Source of the DNA: Lepidodermella squamata
Lineage: Eukaryota; Animalia; Gastrotricha
Direction: 5' to 3'
NCBI GenBank assembly: GCA_047495785.1
Contig: JBLDXI010000009.1
Coordinates: 4,960,001 to 5,024,000 of the forward strand
Length of the DNA: 64,000 nt
The number at the start of each line of letters is the position of its first letter. Position 1 is the first letter of the stretch. Of this stretch, positions 59,757 through 64,000 are shown piece by piece. The notes under the pieces are model-generated. The model was not told the DNA's origin. It did no database searches and saw nothing but the letters and a program-made list of their open reading frames with translations. A program made the translations under genes and the position numbers.

Positions 59757-61311
59757 ATGAAGTGGCACGCCGGTTCAGTTGAGGAAGCAATTCGTGATAA
59801 AAATGCCAGTAAGGCCCTGCTCGTTGTTCATATATCAGGTACGAAAAATGAAAATTCTTCATAAAATGCGGAAAAATCATGTTATTCTTAAAATTAGACG
59901 GTGGCGCAGATTCGGTTGCTATGGACGCGCTTTGGGAAGCGACCGAAGTCTCAGACATTCCAGTTGTCGCCCTTCGCCTCACTGCTGGCACTCCGAGCTT
60001 TCAACAATTCGTCCAATTTTGTACGTCAACAATTTGTTATATTATAAAAAATAATTCAAAAATTTGGGAAAAATCCCTAATAAATATATCATTTTTGTAT
60101 TTTTAGACCCGGTCGTTGTCATTCCATCGGCGTATTTCATCGGTCTCGACGGCAAGGTGATTGAAATTGTCGTCGGTAAAAAAACGCCCGAAGAACTGCC
60201 AACCTTCGTCAACCGAGCCGTGGACGCGTTCAAAGGCGCAAATTCAGCACAACCCGCCCCATCGCAGCCTAGAAACGACCCACCACCGCCCGCTCGGTCC
60301 AGCCCACCTCGAGAGACTCAACCTGAGCCGGAATCTTCGAGCCAACCATCTGGTAATAGAGTGAGCTTACAAAATATTGAGCAGCGGCTAGAACGGGCTC
60401 GTCAAGTCGTTGCGCAGCGTGACGAAGAACGCGAGCGGCAGGACGAGTTGCGCCGGCGTAATATCGGCTCAGAAATGGCGAAAGCCCGCGAGGAAATCGA
60501 GGCGAAGCAACGCGAGGCGGAGAAGGAGGAGAAAAAACGGCAGAAGGAGGCGGATAAAATCTACATGGAAAAACTGCGCAAACAAATTGAGGAAGATAAA
60601 ATTGAAAAGGCGGCGCGTTTCAACGCTGAACGGCAGAAGGAGCGCGCGGCTCAGGAGGAAAAGGCGCGAAAACTGGCTGAAATTGAGGCGGAAAAACAGG
60701 CGCGAGATCAAGCTGCCCGCGCTTCGATCGCCAAAATTCAATTCCGCCTGCCCGATGGGTCGAGTGTTGTTCGCCAGTTCGAACCTAGCGATAAGTTGAA
60801 GCTAGCCCATGATTTTGCGAAAACGCTACTGCCATCTCGGAGTGGCGTAACTTTGACATCAATCACCCCGAGGCGAATTTTTACGAATGAGGACATGTCG
60901 CAGAGTTTGGCTGAACTAGCCCTGGCACCGTCTGCGGTGTTGTTGGTGCTGCGGAGCGGGGGTGACCCGTCACAGGGGCCGAGTCACTCGAGCGAGTCGC
61001 CTAATTTCATCTCGATGTTTGTCGCGTCGTTTTTCACCTTTCTGGCCACAATTTGGGCATTTTTCGCCAATTTCATCTGGGGCCAACCGGCGGTTCAGCA
61101 GCCGCCTGCTGCTGCTGCTGGTGCGAGTAACCCTGCCCCGCAAAATCGAGCGGCTCCAGGCGCTGCGTCTGGGTCCTCGCCCCAGAAACGGACAAGTTCG
61201 GGTGGTGGCGAGCCGCGATCGACTGGTAAGGTCTACCGACTGCATGATCTGAAGCGCGACGATGATGCTGATAAGGCGACGTGGAACGGCAATTCGACGA
61301 ATCAGATGTGA
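59757..61311 (+). CDS. UBXN4: UBX domain protein 4/erasin (exons 59757-59838, 59898-60020, 60107-61311)
   Basis: MKWHAGSVEEAI N-terminal thioredoxin-like region, coiled coil, UBX domain, hydrophobic hairpin and conserved C-terminal WNGNSTNQM. Confidence 0.93.
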
Positions 61312-61992
61312 AGAAAATGAAAAAATGAAATTTCACAGCTTAGTTACCAAATTTTGTTAAATCACTCAAGCGGAACGTTCTCAGAAAAATTCATAAACTT
61401 GGAAAAAAATTGAATAAAATAATATATTACGCGGTAAAATTGGAATTTTGTGGAATATTTGAAAAATTGTGACGTCATCAAGGAAATATTGCTAATTGCA
61501 AAAATATTTGTTGCAGCCAAATTGAATTTTTGAGAAATTTGAAAAATTGGAATGCTGTCATGTGTTGGAATTTTTCTGCGGAATGTTCGAAATAGATGCA
61601 ATCTGATAAGATTTATTGTGAATTCTGCAATTTGTCAATGTACCGCTGATGATAAACTGTGTTGAAGAAAGCGATCAGTCTTCATATTGTATCCATAGTA
61701 TTTATTCTCGGCTTCTTTTGCGAAAAATCGCGCTTAACATGTGAAATTATGTCCGCTTTTCTTGCCATGTTGGGCAAGGAACTTGATGTGGTTTCGAGAT
61801 GTGTCATATGTAAATCTTACAAAACTATGTAAAATGGATTTTTAAACAAACTTTGGTTCATCTCTCTCATTTTCGATCGAATAAAATAATTGAAAAATTT
61901 GTTGATTTAATTCGATTTTTTTCGCATTTGTTAAATAGGTGGTTTGGGCGAGTTTTGAAGAGAGGTTTTTTTTGGTAATTTATCCGGTGAAA

Positions 61993-64000
61993 ATGGCTAC
62001 CGCTACGGCTGCTGCGACGGGTTCGAAATTTGTGAAACTGGAGCGTATGAAGAATGTCTTGCTAATTGGGCTGAACCGAGCCGATAAGCGGAATGCAGTC
62101 AATCAACAGGTTGCAAGCGAGCTGACCGCCGCTGTTGAACAGCTGGAACGCGATGATGTCAGTTCGAATTTTTATCTGCTTTGAAACTAGGATAGGCATA
62201 GTATACTTAAAACAGTGGAGTACCCAACCTGTATTATTAAGGCCTCGGATCTTGCGCAGTATCTCGCTGGCTTCAAATCTAACCTTGTTTCCTAAAATTT
62301 CAAGTACGAGAAATATCTGTGTTTCCGAATGTAATTTTTTCTGCCGGTTTCCACTTTTTCCTCCTTTTCACAAGAAATTTTCACAAAATTCTGGCGACTA
62401 AGGAAAAATCAGTTTTGAAACAGGGTGGCTGAGCTAGCAGGTAAAATATAATAAAAGAGAATAATAAAAGAGACACAGTCTTAATCATCATAATCACCGG
62501 GGCCAAAGGTTATGAAGGTATCATCTTCGTGAATTCCAGCAAATTGAACGGCAGCAAATTTTCCTTGCGGGAGGATAGCCAATCCACGGTCTCGGCCCTA
62601 GGACGCTTGCGGTCATCTTGTGCACAAAAAAGCACATCAACACAGGAATTCGGTTTGCCCAGGTTTTTTGAGCGGCGATTATTGTGAATTTGTCGAATTT
62701 CGTCTATTCCTGAGGCTTTGCCGTTTTTTATATGGTCTATAGCGCTCTTTTTTCATCAATTGATATTCCTATTACATCAGAGTTTATATGCGTAATCTGC
62801 GAGAGGAAACGTCTGACTTCGATTGGGCCTTGCACGGTCGTAGCCCTCTTTACCGTTAAACCCTTGTAGCCTGATTTTTCAATTTTCAATTTTTCGTTTC
62901 ACTGAAATTTCGTTACGTCTGTCATGTGACCTGTTGTCCCTTGCGAGGCCGTTGGTTATTGCGGGGCTCGATTTTAACACAAGATATTGAAGTTGTTGTG
63001 CGGAAGGACGTAGAAACGGTGATGGAAGATATATTGGCCTATTAGGAAAGAGATATTTACAATACCGTTAGCGACTATCTGAGAGCCATTCGGAAGATTG
63101 ATAATGATCGTCGAACTAGCGTCGGTATTTTCTTGAAGCGTTATTCAAGAGGCAACCTCAGCTAAACCGGTGATTTTCGAGATGAAGATTTCATTGCTGG
63201 ACTTGCTTCTGAATACGCAACTTGGGGCGGTGACTTGGTCGAAGGAGTGGAAAACCACACTCGCAGCAGTATGAGTGACGATGACCGTTAGGTGTTGATT
63301 TATTGGCTTGCAAAATTTTCAACCCGACCCAGACCTGATCGCCATTCTTGAAGAGGACGGAGCTAATACCAAAGCCGAATTCGCCGAAAACAACAGAGGC
63401 ATTATTCATCTCTTCTGCTAAAAGGTAAAGGCCATAAGGGCAAAGCATTTTTCGATAGACGTCATCTGGAGGTTCTACTAACCCACGTACACGTATCGAT
63501 GTAGCACGAGAAATAATCATCTATAATAGAAATGTTAGGGTAGCAAGCCGATATTAAGCAGCCGGTCGCCGGTCTTCAAGAGTTCTGTCATCAACTCTGC
63601 GTTCTGGCCATTGCTTCTGAGTTTGAAATATGGTCAATAAGCGTTAGTGGTATCAGCCTTGGAAGGTTAGGTTAGCATCAACGAGATTAGGGTATGATAA
63701 CCGGAATCGTAACCCGTCGACTACAACTGATTAGCAAAACATGACTTCCTGTTCAAAAGTGTTGACATTCGCGGCCCAAATTCTGATTGACATGATTGAT
63801 TACAGCAATTCAAGGAACGCTAATAATAGGATTCGACAGAGTGATGCAACACGCCACCCATTCGGGGATGGTTTTTAGAGTTAGCGATCTGTTTTAATGC
63901 TCTTTAGATTTGTGTGATGAGCTTATGTTTCCTTTTTTAGGAATTGTCTGTCGGCGTGTTGTACGGCGAAGGCGGCAATTTCTGCGCAGGTTACGATCTG
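61993..64000 (+). CDS. Enoyl-CoA hydratase/crotonase family protein, 5' part (exons 61993-62157, 63941->64000)
   Basis: LIGLNRADKRNAVN...ERDD spliced in phase 0 to ELSVGVLYGEGGNFCAGYDL. Runs off the window. Confidence 0.88.
62692..62784 (-). mobile_element. Decayed LINE fragment, same family as 5377-5468
   Basis: Reverse complement reads SAIDHIKNGKASGIDEI and aligns to 5377-5468. Confidence 0.7.

Overview
This is compact, gene-dense genomic DNA from an invertebrate animal, not a prokaryote. It has GT-AG introns (many only 51-59 nt), a Pol III tRNA and many small DNA-transposon relics; I cannot name the species. Spliced gene models read from the sequence: a divergent AIG1/septin-like P-loop GTPase, PSMA2, two tandem alpha-L-fucosidases (one intronless), a TSPAN13/31 tetraspanin with two alternative duplicated last exons, JAZF1, two small secreted single-PAN/apple proteins (plus a dead promoter/signal-peptide duplicate), a secreted Cys-rich protein hosting an antisense tRNA-Leu(AAG), two tandem RAB29-like GTPases, LASP, four tandem Lifeguard/TMBIM genes, DPY19, AMACR, an orphan acylated PPxY microprotein, a stand-alone UBX protein, UBXN4 and the 5' part of an enoyl-CoA hydratase. 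Three signals stand out. (1) Co-oriented genes lie as little as 65-195 nt apart and most start codons have an unpaired splice acceptor just upstream, suggesting operons resolved by spliced-leader trans-splicing. (2) An unassigned ~150-nt rod-like structured RNA candidate carries four GACAAC/GUUGUC motifs (41262-41411). (3) Tandem duplicates repeatedly diverge at regulatory or sorting motifs. Exon coordinates were counted by hand and no database searches were run.
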